A stretch of DNA of 63,826 bases, the filler included, from Syncephalis fuscata S228 (taxonomy: Eukaryota > Fungi > Zoopagomycota): the NCBI GenBank assembly GCA_025786725.1. It is 4 parts of 4 records of this genome, joined end to end, with 100 filler letters (N's around TTAATTAATTAA, not from the genome) between each part and the next. Parts side by side here need not be neighbours in the genome. Positions count along the whole stretch, not along the records: positions 21,130 to 44,565 come from JAHLTZ010000136.1; positions 44,666 to 57,412 come from JAHLTZ010000260.1; 2 more parts are not named here. One strand, written 5' to 3'. A program made the translations under genes and the position numbers. Below the pieces are notes generated by a model. The model ran no database searches. It worked only from the letters and a program-made list of their open reading frames with translations, and was not told the origin of the DNA. This document shows, one piece after another, positions 36,095-48,668 of this stretch; the first letter of the stretch is position 1, and the number at the start of each line of letters is the position of its first letter.

Positions 36095-36480
36095 GATGAA
36101 GTAAAATCTTACTGAAGATGCCGATTATTATTAACACTCGCAAGTAAATAGTAGTATAGTGCTGTAATAAGCGGAAATAATAGAGTGTCACGCTGGTCAA
36201 TTCCTAACCGGCAAAAACACTAGGTGATAAACAGTAGTAACAGCAATTACAGGAGGTAACCGCTGGTAATAAAGACAGGGAGGAGTGTTACGGGCAGTGC
36301 GTTGGTCAGTGTCCGTTTAGACGAGGGTTTTAGAATGAAAGGAGACGCGTGCTTGTGCAAGAGATGATGAAGCCACTTGAAAGAATAAGCAGATAAGCTG
36401 GATGGATAGGTGCAGCTCATGGCCATAGCCAATCAGCGTGTGCTATTCTCTATCGGAGCTTGTAAGGATGCGTCGTAATT

Positions 36481-36507
36481 TGTGTGTGTGTGTGTGTGTG
36501 TGTGTGT
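36481..36507. repeat. (TG)13 microsatellite
   Basis: Read directly from the sequence. Confidence 0.97.
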
Positions 36508-36732
36508 AATGTACACATGTCACCACATGCATTCAATAAATTGAGACTAATCAATCGTGTTCAAGGCAAGTTATAAAATCGTCGATAATTAACAAAATAG
36601 ATTTGATTGATTAATTAAGAGTACACACATATATACATACATATAGACATACATATAAATACATATAAATACACACATATATAATTCAAGGGTGTTACAT
36701 TGAAGGACAAGTGTAATAATAGCTATTTTAAT

Positions 36733-37560
36733 CTAGGCACGAACCAACTCTTTGACTTCTCGTTTGGCCTGTTTATCAAATTTGATAAATGTTAGATTGG
36801 GTGGCAATTCTTCAACCTTCTCTTCAAAGAAACGTGCTACTGCATGATTAACACGGGCTGGTTGCGGTAGATGCATATTAGGTGTAGTGGCTATTGCTTG
36901 GTCATAAAGTGCTTGGGCCAAGTCACCGCCATTAACAACATTAGTAAGTGCACGGTTAGGCAAATGAATATGGCATGTCTCCATGGCTTGTACAATGACC
37001 TAATAATACATCAATATATAATTATTAATTATTAATTAATTACTTTTATTAATATCTTACCTCGTATTTTAAACGTTGAGGTCGAAGTGGCACAGTCTGC
37101 CAATCTTGACCCACTTGTTCACTTGATCGATGATGAGCAATAATGGCTGTTTTAACCGCTTGATTAATAGATTCAATATCTGCTTCGGACGATGTGGCAT
37201 GCAATCTACATAGTATCATTTAGTAAATCTACTCATTATTAATAATGCCGTTACTTACTTTTCCATCCAGCCAGGTACTCTTGGTTCAGTATCTGATGTC
37301 CATGCAATATTGTCAATATCTGTAGTTGCTACATCTTTGGATGCTTGTTCAGTATCCGGTGTTACTGTTACATTAACCGGTTCGTTTACTGTATCTGGCG
37401 GCGATTCTTCTGGTTTCTTCTCCTGATCTCCACGACGAAACCAACCGAAAATACCATCGCTTTTACTTGATTCATAACGTGTAGCTCCTACCGCCAGTAC
37501 ACGGCCTGGTCTTAATAAGCCGGTGGGCCGTGACATGGACGATAATAATACGCGATTCAT
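36733..37560 (-). CDS. Mitochondrial protein, probably ribosomal protein mL50
   Basis: Presequence-like MNRVLLSSMSRPTGLLR..., then DWQTVPL...LKYEVIVQAMETCHIHLPNRALT and LPPNLTF. Two introns. Confidence 0.65.
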
Positions 37561-37839
37561 AATTATATATAAACTGAATCTTAATAGCCTACACCAGTAC
37601 AGCAAGATCCGCCTATCCACACAACTCAACCTTTTTCTTCTTATTTGCAATTAAATGAACAAGAAAAGATCGATTAGTATTTGTGTGTGTGTATTTGTCT
37701 CGGTGTAAACGTGAATAAAATGTAATGATCAAAAATCAAATGTAAATCATAGTACAAAGTTGTAAATAAAAAAAAATAAAAAAATCACAGCTTACATCTT
37801 TTACGTTATTTCTTTTGTCGTTTATATAAACTTTACAAT

Positions 37840-40105
37840 ATGGTGAGCCAAGAGTTGAAACGGAAGCGCTCTGTAGCTGCTGTAAGTTATAGCTGGATAT
37901 TAAGAGTCCTATTTATAAAGCTAACTATAATGAATAGACGGGGAATTCAGATTATGCTGAATTGATTGAACAAGCACGCCAACTGGCCCAGCGTGTACGA
38001 GAAAGCAAGCGTAATCTTAATGATATTCTACAGTTGATTGAGTTTTGTCAGGTAGATAGATTCTATAGCTATTTCTATTTTACTTATTGTATTTATTGTA
38101 TTTATAGCATAAATCATCTGAAGTTGTCCATGCTACCGTACAAACTACCGGCCGTTTATTTGCCGACCTATTAAAGCAGGGTGACTTACCCGTACTAAAA
38201 GAAACGGCCCCGGCCGATTCAGCCCAAGCAACGGTCGCCGACTGGCTTCTTGAACAATATGGACTATATATAGATCGACTTATTGCTTTATTGAACCATC
38301 GTCAAGTAGCACTACAGCTTGTATCACTCGATACACTACTACTGCTTGTACGAGTAGAGTCAGCCTATATGACAAGTCTAGAGGGCAGATATATATTTGC
38401 TGTTAAATTGTATGGACGTATTATTTCAACTATTTTAAACACAACTTCATTAGATGAAAATTTATTACGAACATTTGAGGATAAATATCATTTGAAATAT
38501 GATGACTTACGTTATCAAGGATTCTTATTAATGACAGATATATTCAAGACTGCTTCAGGTGTACTAAGTGAACATGAAGCAGCTACTGCCAAGGTAATGC
38601 TATAAAGTATCCTATATTATATAGCAACTATTAACCATTAACCATTATATTAGAAACGCCGTGTTGATGGATCACGGTCCAATCTACAAGTATTAGTTGA
38701 TAATGGATTTCTTATACTTGAGCGTTTACGTGCCTTCCCTTCAGATGATTCACGTATTAATACTTTCTGGACTGATGTTAGCCTTGCCGGTAATAACTAT
38801 TGAATATTTTTAACTATTTAATCTAACCAATTGGTTACTATTATTATATATTATTAGAGGCAATGCATAAGGATGATGAAAAACGTCGTCATCAAATATT
38901 GCAATTAAAAACTCATCGAAAGGCATTTGAAGGTTGTTGGCTTGCCTATCTTAAATTGCCACTTACTTTAGAATTATATCGAAAGATTCTATTAATTATG
39001 CATAAACGATTAATTCCATTTATGGCACAGCCAACTTTATTAATGGATTTCCTTACTGATTCATATAATGCAGGTATGTTACTAATACTATAATATTTAT
39101 CGTAAAGCTAATTGTTACTATTATTATTATTATAGGTGGTGCTATTAGTCTACTTGCTCTTAATGGTCTATTTACTTTAATACATAAACATAAACTGTAA
39201 GTTATTGTAGAGTAGCTTTTTACGATATCTAATACTTTATTTTATTAGTGAATATCCTGATTTCTACAAGAAACTGTATGCTCTGTTTGATCGCAATCTT
39301 ATGCATGTCAAGTATCGCGCTCGTTTCTTCCGTTTGGCCGCCATCTTTCTTGCCTCTACGTAAGTTTGATTCATTATATGATAATATCGTTAATTTACCC
39401 TTTATTTACTAGGCATCTTCCTGCTTATTTGGCTGCAGCATTTATTAAAAGAATGGCTCGTTTAACGTTGTCAGCTCCGCCTTCTGGTATTGCTATCATA
39501 ATCCCATTTATATACAATCTACTTCGACAACATCCATCGTGTATTGTGTTGATTCATCGTATACCTGGTCAAGATGAACAAGAAGGCAAGTATTTAATAG
39601 TATTTAATAGTATTTATATATTTATAATACTAACTGATATACTAGTGTCTACCATCAGTGGATTAGATGCTGATCCATATAATTACAATGAAGAAGATCC
39701 AGCTAAATGTCAAGCCATTCATAGTTCATTATGGGAAATACAAGCAAGTATTTAATTAACCATTGTCCATGCACTTATTTACTAATGACTATCTATTAAT
39801 ATTTACCATTTAGGCATTGGATAATCATTATTATGCCAATGTTGGTACATTAAGTCAAATATTCTCTCAACATTTCAACAAACCATCTTATGATTTAGAA
39901 GACTTTGTAGATCATACGTATTCAACGGTAAGTGGCCGTTTTAATAGAATATAAATAGAATGCTTATTTAATAATATAGCTATTTGATGCCGAGACAAAT
40001 CGACGAATTAAAAAGACACCAGCCATTGAGTATTACAACGAACCAAGTCTATTTGAAGATGACGCAGCATTACTACAAGACTGGAATATGAATCTATTCG
40101 AATGA
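37840..40105 (+). CDS. NOC4: Nucleolar complex protein 4 (CBF domain)
   Basis: LMDFLTDSYNAGGAISLLALNGLF, YPDFYKKLY, HLPAYLAAAFIKRMARL, SSLWEI, DFVDHTY. Confidence 0.95.
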
Positions 40106-40247
40106 TTATCTTCTAACTATTAATAAAATATTAAACAAAAAAGACACTGAAACGTTTAATCGTATTACTGATGACATACTGTTATGTTTATTATTAATAT
40201 GTTGATTGGTTGGCTTGCTTATTTGCAAGTCATCATATCTCCGTTTA

Positions 40248-42736
40248 TTAGATGACTTCGCTAATGATGGTAAATGCACGATTATACACATCAAGCATAC
40301 TTTGACAACGAGATCGTTCCGCAGCAATGGCCTCATCTTCTTGCAGTAGCGTGTCAAATATATTTTCACGATACAACGCGGCTACAAGTCGATTCTGAAC
40401 AGCATCGCGTGTTTGATCGACCAACAAGTGCATGATCGCTTTGGGTACCAAATCCTGAATGGATTTACGTACAATGTTGAAATACGATGTAATTAACGAG
40501 CCTAATAAATAGTATGTAACATGTGTTAATATACAAATAGATAGCAAATGAATTTAATAATACTTACGAATAAGCTGGACTTCAGCCTCTTCACGATCTG
40601 TTAGTTGTGGTCCATCTTCCGAAATAGTTAGCGATTTCTATATCAATACGTTAGTCACTGGCATGTATATAATGGCTATGACATACCATTTCTGGCACAA
40701 CCGATGGATCGTGTACTCTACCAGGCATGACCATATCTTTGGCCACCATATCATGGGTAGAGCTTATTACATCGCTTGATCGGCCAGTGGGTCGGTTGCC
40801 GAAGAAGTAGTTCAAAAAGTCACCGCCTTGTTGGGTGCCACCGTGTGACTCAGCCATAGGTGTGGTGTGTGGTGGGTCACGAGTCCGTGTTTGACGGCGA
40901 TCATCGCGGTCCTCCGAATCACTGCCCAGATGAGCAGATGCCGCCTCTAAGCTACTAATACCCGCTGGGAGTGTCTGTGCCTGCTATGTTGATTAGTGGT
41001 CAATTATAGACATGTCTACTATCGTATTAATGCCTAGTGGCTTACCCGTTTTGTGGACCGATCATTGCCACGTCGCTTTTTATCGCTACGTCTATCGTTT
41101 ATTACCATTTGCTGGGTTGCAGAAATAAAGTCGGGATGATTGGTATTAATATACGCACGTTGAATTGAGATTAGACTTTCAACATATTCTGATGTAGGCG
41201 ATAGTCGTTCACGTAATAGCGTTGTGACCACTTCAATTAGCTTAGCTTGGAATTTGGGATAACGACGCAATTCGGCACGATTACCACATACATGGCAAAT
41301 CTTGACTAGTTCTTCGTAGGCCAATTCGACACAGCGTAAGCTAGGTGGCTCAAGTCGTCGGATTTGCGGCTTTACCAGTAGATCAAAGGCTATTTCTGGT
41401 ACAAATAGCGAAGGACGTGGACCCGTTGAATTACGAATGGCTGTGCGAATGTCGTGCGAAGTTAAATTGCCGCATGGTAGTAATGAATCCAATGCTGTGC
41501 CAAAAATGTTATTGAAAATGTAATAAATACGTGCACCGCCACATAGCTCAGTTGTTGTAATTTCTGAAGAAGTACCTTCAACTGATGAGCTGAAATCATT
41601 AGCGAATTTGGTGAGTAATCGTAGTACAAGCGTGCCTTTATGCTCTTGATCAATAAACTTGATATCGCCGTAAGAAAGCAGCTCTTGTTGTGCAGCGCTA
41701 ATCAATGTATTCAATCGTGCTTTGATGTCCGGTAAACGTTCGCGGATATGCGAAATTAAAATCTGATTAAGCGTTTTGGTCAAATGCTCAGTACCGCATC
41801 GCTTTGAAATTGATCGGTAGGCAGGATGAGAGGCGAAAAAGTCGTGCTCATGACGTAGAGCAGCATCAATTGGCTTATTCGTTGTAATATCCTGTTGACT
41901 GCGATTAACAACGCCAATAAAGCCAAGACGCAAATGATATACACGACCGGTTAGCATGTCAAGTGCATTTGTACCGGCATCCATTAAATCGACCTTGGTA
42001 AGTACACCAATCGTTCGCCGTCCTTCTGGATCAACTTCTTTGGCCAGTTTCAAACTTTCGGAGTTGACTAAATCGACATTGGCCGGGCTTACCGCAAGAA
42101 TAACACTGTTTGGCTTGGAAATGAAATCAAGAACTAATGCACGTGTCTGCTTCTCAATATCTGTTGGCTGGTCACCAACTGGAATTTTTGTCAATCCAGG
42201 CAGATCAACAAGTGTCAAATTAACAACATCCGATGAGAAGATTTTTAGATGAATTGGTTGACGGCCAATGCCTTTGTTACTGCCGGCTAGACGTGACGTT
42301 TCACGCTCAATTTCATCGCGTACATCGGAGAATCGCGTAAACTTTTGCCCTGGCATGTGTAGAAACTCGGCCCATTCCTCCACGCCTGGATTAGACTTTG
42401 CCTCCGTTGGAGTGGCAGTATCGAGCATTGCCGGTCCAGGTAGATTGACCAATTGCAGCACTAATGGACGACGTGTAACAATACCACTACCGCGAGGCAG
42501 GAAATCACGGCCAACTATATTCTCCAATACTGAAGACTTGCCTGCAGATTGCGATCTACCAGGCGTTGTAGTAATAACAGGCACCATTTAGTACAATATA
42601 CGTATTGATTCGTATCTTATCCATTATGTCGCGGTACTTACCCGACAACAACAATCTGAGGCAGATCAATCTGATCGCTACCGATCGTGTTGAACACATC
42701 CTGAAGCTTATTCACCACGGGAATCAGATCGTCCAT
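40248..42736 (-). CDS. DNM1: Dynamin-related mitochondrial fission GTPase
   Basis: [52 protein letters not shown], and a GED with [11 protein letters not shown]. Confidence 0.93.
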
Positions 42737-43285
42737 AATGGTGGCGAAAGAAAGGTAAGCAGCAGTTGCAAAGAAAAAAGAACGCTATCAACAGAGAAAA
42801 AGAGTAGAAATCAATAGACACGGCTATAGAATTAAAATTAATCAATCCACTCTACACATACAATGATCGATGTATACACACAAGGAACTATTTGTTTACA
42901 CATATACACACACAGTACACACAAAGCACCGATACATCCTTTTGTGCCGATGACACGATAGATTATGCATACTGATACGCGATAATATCTATTATACTAT
43001 TGGTACAAAAAAGGGCTTATGATGTCAGGGGCAGTGAGTACGTGTAAGGCTTTATGTGTTTAGTAGAGGCCCATTAAATGGCTATTTACGTCATCCCCAC
43101 TCACTTTACACCCCTACAAGATTTAGTGTATTCGCTTTAACTGCTTCATATCAACACTTCACACGCTTCGCTGTCTATTCTCGTTGCTTTCTATTCACCG
43201 CTTTACTCTCCACTGCTTGTTTTTCAAGTTACTGCACATTAACACTACCACTACTCCTATTGCTACTATTGCTACTATTGCTGCC

Positions 43286-44565
43286 ATGACTAGTGATACT
43301 ATCCGTTATCTACGCACACTTGGTGCGATACGTGACCGCTGTCAAAAGATTTATACGCAAGCTCAAGCTGGCAAACTTGAACATCTCGAGCTACATGAGG
43401 ACCGCATCCCATTAGCTGTTGCTCAAGTTACCGCACTTATTCGTGCCGACTACGCATCACCAAGCAACGTGCCACCTCATAGCCGCTTCCGTAGTTTTGA
43501 GGCCGGTGGCATTGACAGAATTGATGCTTTGCTTAAACGCTGGCCCGATGTTGATGCACTTGAACATGCACGTCGTCTACTTGATCTATGTGTTGTATCA
43601 GTGCTGGTTGATGCCGGTGCTGGCGACCAGTGGCGCTATCTTGAAAAGAGCACTGGCCAACGTATTGGTCGTACCGAAGGTCTTGGACTAGCTGCACTTG
43701 ACATGTTTGAAGCTGGTGCATTCAGCAGCGATCCTAATCAGCCATATCAAGCTGATGGTAAGTTTGACATAAACAGCACTATTACTATATCGTCTAATTG
43801 TTAATTTATTATACTATTATATTCAGCTGCTGGATTACAACGTTTAACACAGCAACAACTTGAAGAAGGCTTCCAAGTCACAAATGAAAATCCATTGGTT
43901 GGTACTTCAGGCCGTCACCAATTACTAGTCCGACTAGGAGGTGCATTGGCTTTACATCCAGCCTACTTCACCGGTAATCATAGTGCAGTAAGTGGCTATC
44001 TTTTTTATTCGCACTGATGTTTATATATATATATATATATATGTATACATAACAGCCACGACCGGGTAACCTTGTTGGTAAGTAGTTGATAATAATCCAC
44101 TATAATATACTAACACACTATCAAATTATTATACCTAATAGACTATCTATTGGCCCATTCAACCACGCAGCATAACGATGGACACTCTATTGTAGCAGTG
44201 AACACGCTATGGGAAGCCATTATGAATGGACTACAGGAAGTATGGCCAGCCACGCGTACCCGCCTTGATGGTCAATCCAATGGGCGATGTATGGCCATGT
44301 GGTGTACTGGCTTCATTGGCAGCAAATACATCACCCGATGAACAACTAGTGCCATTCCATAAACTATCACAATGGCTGACTTATTCATTGATGGAGCCAA
44401 TGCAGAATCTGTGCCATATTAAATTCGAAGGCCAATCACAAATGACCGGTCTTCCTGAATATCGCAATGGTATGTAGCATGATCCTTTTAAAGTAAATAT
44501 CATTAATAAGTCTACTATTAGGTGGTCTATTGGTCGATCACGGCATTATAACACTTCGTGAGCCA
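43286..44565 (+). CDS. URC4: URC4/Urg3 (DUF1688) protein, truncated by the gap, with a 1-nt frameshift near 44279
   Basis: YLRTLGAIRDRC, VPPHSRFRSF, VSVLVDAGAG, GRTEGLG, VPFHKLSQWLTYSLMEP, TGLPEYRNGGL. Confidence 0.88.
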
Positions 44566-44665
44566 NNNNNNNNNNNNNNNNNNNNNNNNNNNNNNNNNNN
44601 NNNNNNNNNTTAATTAATTAANNNNNNNNNNNNNNNNNNNNNNNNNNNNNNNNNNNNNNNNNNNN
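44566..44665. other. Assembly spacer (Ns with TTAATTAATTAA)
   Basis: 100-nt N run with linker. Confidence 0.98.
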
Positions 44666-47139
44666 ACGTAACAATCAGAACGTTAAATAGGACGTTAGAA
44701 ATAACAAGTGGTGAAGGTAAGTGCAAATTCAATGAAGGCGCGCGCGTTAGCAAAATAAAAACAGTTAGAGTCGTCAATTGATTTGAACAAAAAAAGCGTG
44801 TTAACGTTAGAATGATAAGAGAGATGGCGTGAGAGGTTAGAAGAGTTGGTAGAAGCAAAAGCGAAGGTGGATAGAGAGGTGGATAGAGAGGTGGAGAGTG
44901 AGATAGAACAGTTGAATTGAATATTGCTACAGCTAGACGTTTAGCATGTCGTATTAAATAGCTGCTACTCGAGCAGGCAGCTATCAGCGATGACATATTC
45001 TTGCTATTGCTTGTACAAGCAGATCAGCTGCTCATTACAGAGTCCAGCCTAGGTTTGGTTAACCATATGACGTTGTTCGTGTGTTGCCACGAACATACTT
45101 TGCCCACCTAATGTCGTACAATAAGTTGGCTATTCACTACAGTGACGATATAGCCTATATCCTTACCATCGTGCGCTCAAACAAACAAAGTCACACTGAG
45201 TAACAGGTGTATTGTGTCCGTAACTCCATTGTTTTATTATGTTCAATCGTTAACGCAATATCAATAGCAATAACAATAGCAATTATAATCATATTAATTG
45301 TGTAAAAGTGTTTTATGAAATGAATTACTCAAAATGGATAATGCAATTAATTGCATTGCCAAGCTTGTCACTTGACAAAATAATAAATGCATGATAAGCA
45401 ATTTTTGTCTATTTTCGTGGCTGCCATACAAAGTCTAGTTACACGAGATGATCAGCTGATTTTACGACACCATTCCGAGCAATCTTGTTTGTATTTATGA
45501 AAATAAGGCCTATAGCGAGCATTTCTATTGAAACAGCAACAACAATAGTAACAGTATTGTCGTTGTTTGGTTTCCCAACTACTGGGAAGTCGGGTGCACG
45601 TAGTTGCCGACGCATATCGTAAAAGTATAGTGTTGAAGCGATGATATGGGAAAGAAAAGGGAAGACTGGGTACTAAAGAGTGACGAGCAAGTTTTAGCAA
45701 ACTGGATATTGCCAAGTAAATTCGATATTGCGCCTATCCTTCACCGAACTAGCTGCCTAGACGCGTAGTGAATACGGCATTATTCGTTGGCTCAGCAGCT
45801 GCAGCTGTGATTTTCTTTGACGGCATGCTACTGCCGACGCATCTATAATAGACTATATGATGGCTATTCGTATGTATAGAATCGCGCCACTCGCCTATGG
45901 TTGCTGTCGCTGTTTTAATGGGCTACACAGGCCCTACAAATTACACGTGCAAATTACTGGCTGGCACTGCAGGAGATAAATTGGCAACTACTAGCTTGCT
46001 AGCTATATTGCTTCCATATAAACGCCGTGCCACAGTAAACTACAGGTGCCGTTTTGTTACGGAGTAAATGACCATTAGCACGTAATGCACAACATTCTAT
46101 CTCGGTTAATAGCGCTGAGGCATTGTACGCCAGCTATAGACAGGCCTGGCCATTTACTCTGCTATTTAGTGGATTGTTTGTGTACTACGTGCAAAAGCTG
46201 CCGTACAATTATTACTGATATAGCTATTGCTATCTAAACTTCACCATAGTTCAACAACTATTGTCCAAAACAGCAGTGTACGGAAATAATTTAATCCGAT
46301 ACCGGTAGCTGTAAATAGTATGCCAATTATGACCAAAATATAATGGCTGGCACTGCTATTTACCGTCAAGCTTACACATGGATTGATTATAACTATTGAG
46401 TAACATTGTCGCGATAGGCAATGAGTTGAAATTGTGATAACGTATTATTCCGATAAGACGGCGTGTTATTTTACTCGGAAAATAGTGTATATTTAATTAA
46501 AACAGCGCATTTTTATAGACATGTAGGTTGGCAATATAATCTATAAATTAAGCAAATGCACATGTTGTTAATACAAATACATAGCTATAATGCTGCACTA
46601 TTACTTTTATTTAATTTAATAAAGTAAATGGATTCAGATAATTGGATGGGTTAATTCAGCTGTCATAAACAATGTGTCGATAACATACTAGTTAGTTAAT
46701 AAATCAAATATACATATTTATAATATTGCATTTTTATTTCTATTAATCCGAGTTATTCATGAATAGTTGTGGTCGATAATAAACTTCCAAATCTATATTG
46801 TTATCAATTACAAAATGACTATAAATAGCAAATATTATATATTAAAACTGTGATATGCCATAATGGCAAAATAACGACAACATTAGCTTGATTGCAGTTA
46901 TAACAAATGATAACTATTTATTCCTTATCAAAGAGTTTCTAAATCTTTTATGATTTGCTGGAACACAGTCCATCGATATTTATTAGAGTTTCTATACTAC
47001 AACCACTTTAAGCTATTTGTTTTTGCTATTACACTTTTATCTTTAATATTCTAAACACCTACAACTATAACTACAACACCTACAACTATAGTAATCACAA
47101 CAGCAGTCATAGCATCTTCAACTCAAGCCAAGTGCAAGC

Positions 47140-48317
47140 ATGAGTTCTGACGCTACTGTTTTGCATAGACTAGTCGGCGGACAGTATGAAAAAGATCCCT
47201 CGACTAAAGAGCTAGAGTGGAGAAATGTTGCTATAGCTAGCTTATTTGTTCTTATAAACAGTAGGTAGCGTCGAGTAACGTGTAGCCAACTAACCAATGA
47301 ACCATTAGTGGCTATTTCTTCGGGATTTGGCCTTGAATTAGAGATTCCTTTGCTAGTGGCTTCGCTACGATGTGTTGTCCAATTGACATTGATGGGCATG
47401 GTGCTGGAAAAGATATTCAGCACAGATAATCCATGGCTTGTTATTGGTATGGGATGTAAGTTTTAATGGCAGTCTATGTAGCAGACACGCAATGGACACG
47501 AAGTAAATGTTGCTATTAGGTATCCTAGTGCTTCTTGCGTCCATTGAGATTACGTTTCACAAGTGCAAATATCGATTTAACGGGATGGTAAAAGCTAGGC
47601 TAACGATAAGCCATTGTAACTAACGCATTGTATTAGTTTAAAGTGTTACTATTTGCACTTTTTATTAGCTGTATGCTAGTTAGTATAGTCGGTAAGTAGT
47701 TCATGGCCGTGACTAATGCTTGGTATTTTAGTAACTAGCGGTCTATTATCTTTATTTAGGTAATATTCTAGCCATTGAAGCTACACCATTCTGGGATCCG
47801 TACAAGTTCATTCCTACACTGGGCATGCTGGTCGGCAATACTATGTCGGGCGTGGCTATTGCCATCAATAGCTGTATGATGCAATTTAGGTATGGTTTTG
47901 ATCAACAACGACACTCAAAAATAACAAAAAATTAGGGAACACCGAGAACGAATAGAGGTGCAACTAGCATTTGGCGCAACTCGTTGGGAAGCAGCCAAGC
48001 CAACTATGGTAGAGTCAATACGGCTTGCCATGCTACCTACCATTAATTCTATGAGGTAAGGGCCGTGGTAAAAGTGAAAGAGGTCAAATAGTAGCAGTCG
48101 TGCTTATAATGTATATAGTGTTATGGGATTGATTACGATACCAGGCATGATGACGGGCCAGATTCTAGGCGGGGAAGAACCAATGTCGGCGGTAAAATTT
48201 CAACAGATTATTATGTTTATGATTACAGCATCTACGGGCATTGGTACTGTTTGCGGTGTGATATGTGCAGTTATGCAGGAAGTCGATGTAAGAAAGAAAG
48301 AGCGAAAAGACAAATAG
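47140..48317 (+). CDS. UPF0014 (YbbM/FetB/STAR2-like) membrane protein, multi-exon
   Basis: LLVASLRCVVQLTLMG, FIPTLGMLVGN, LAFGATRWEA, MGLITIPGMMTGQILGG, AVKFQQIIMFMI. Confidence 0.9.
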
Positions 48318-48668
48318 TGATAGACATAGTCATTGTAACTAGTATATAAGTGGCATATTTCTACCGAATATCTAATAAATGCTTTATTGGTCGTACTTTT
48401 AGTTTCTAATAGTATGGATGAGTCATTCATAATAATGTTACTTGTATTTGAAATGATACCATGTATACTTGAATGAAGTAAAAACAATAGAATGCAATTA
48501 CTATTTAATATAAAATCCTGTGAACTGATAGGCTCTGTCATTGTCATAATTCATCAGTGTGACGCACACATTTGCCCACACAAATGATGAGCCATTAAAA
48601 GTGTGCTACTTTTTACGCAGTTTACTTCAACAATTGAGTACTTGTTGTTTTTAATAGTCAAATAAACA

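Noticed and set aside
44666-47100. 2.4-kb gene-free stretch with moderate GC
   Set aside because: No convincing ORF, RNA gene or repeat. Probably regulatory sequence for a gene lost beyond the gap.
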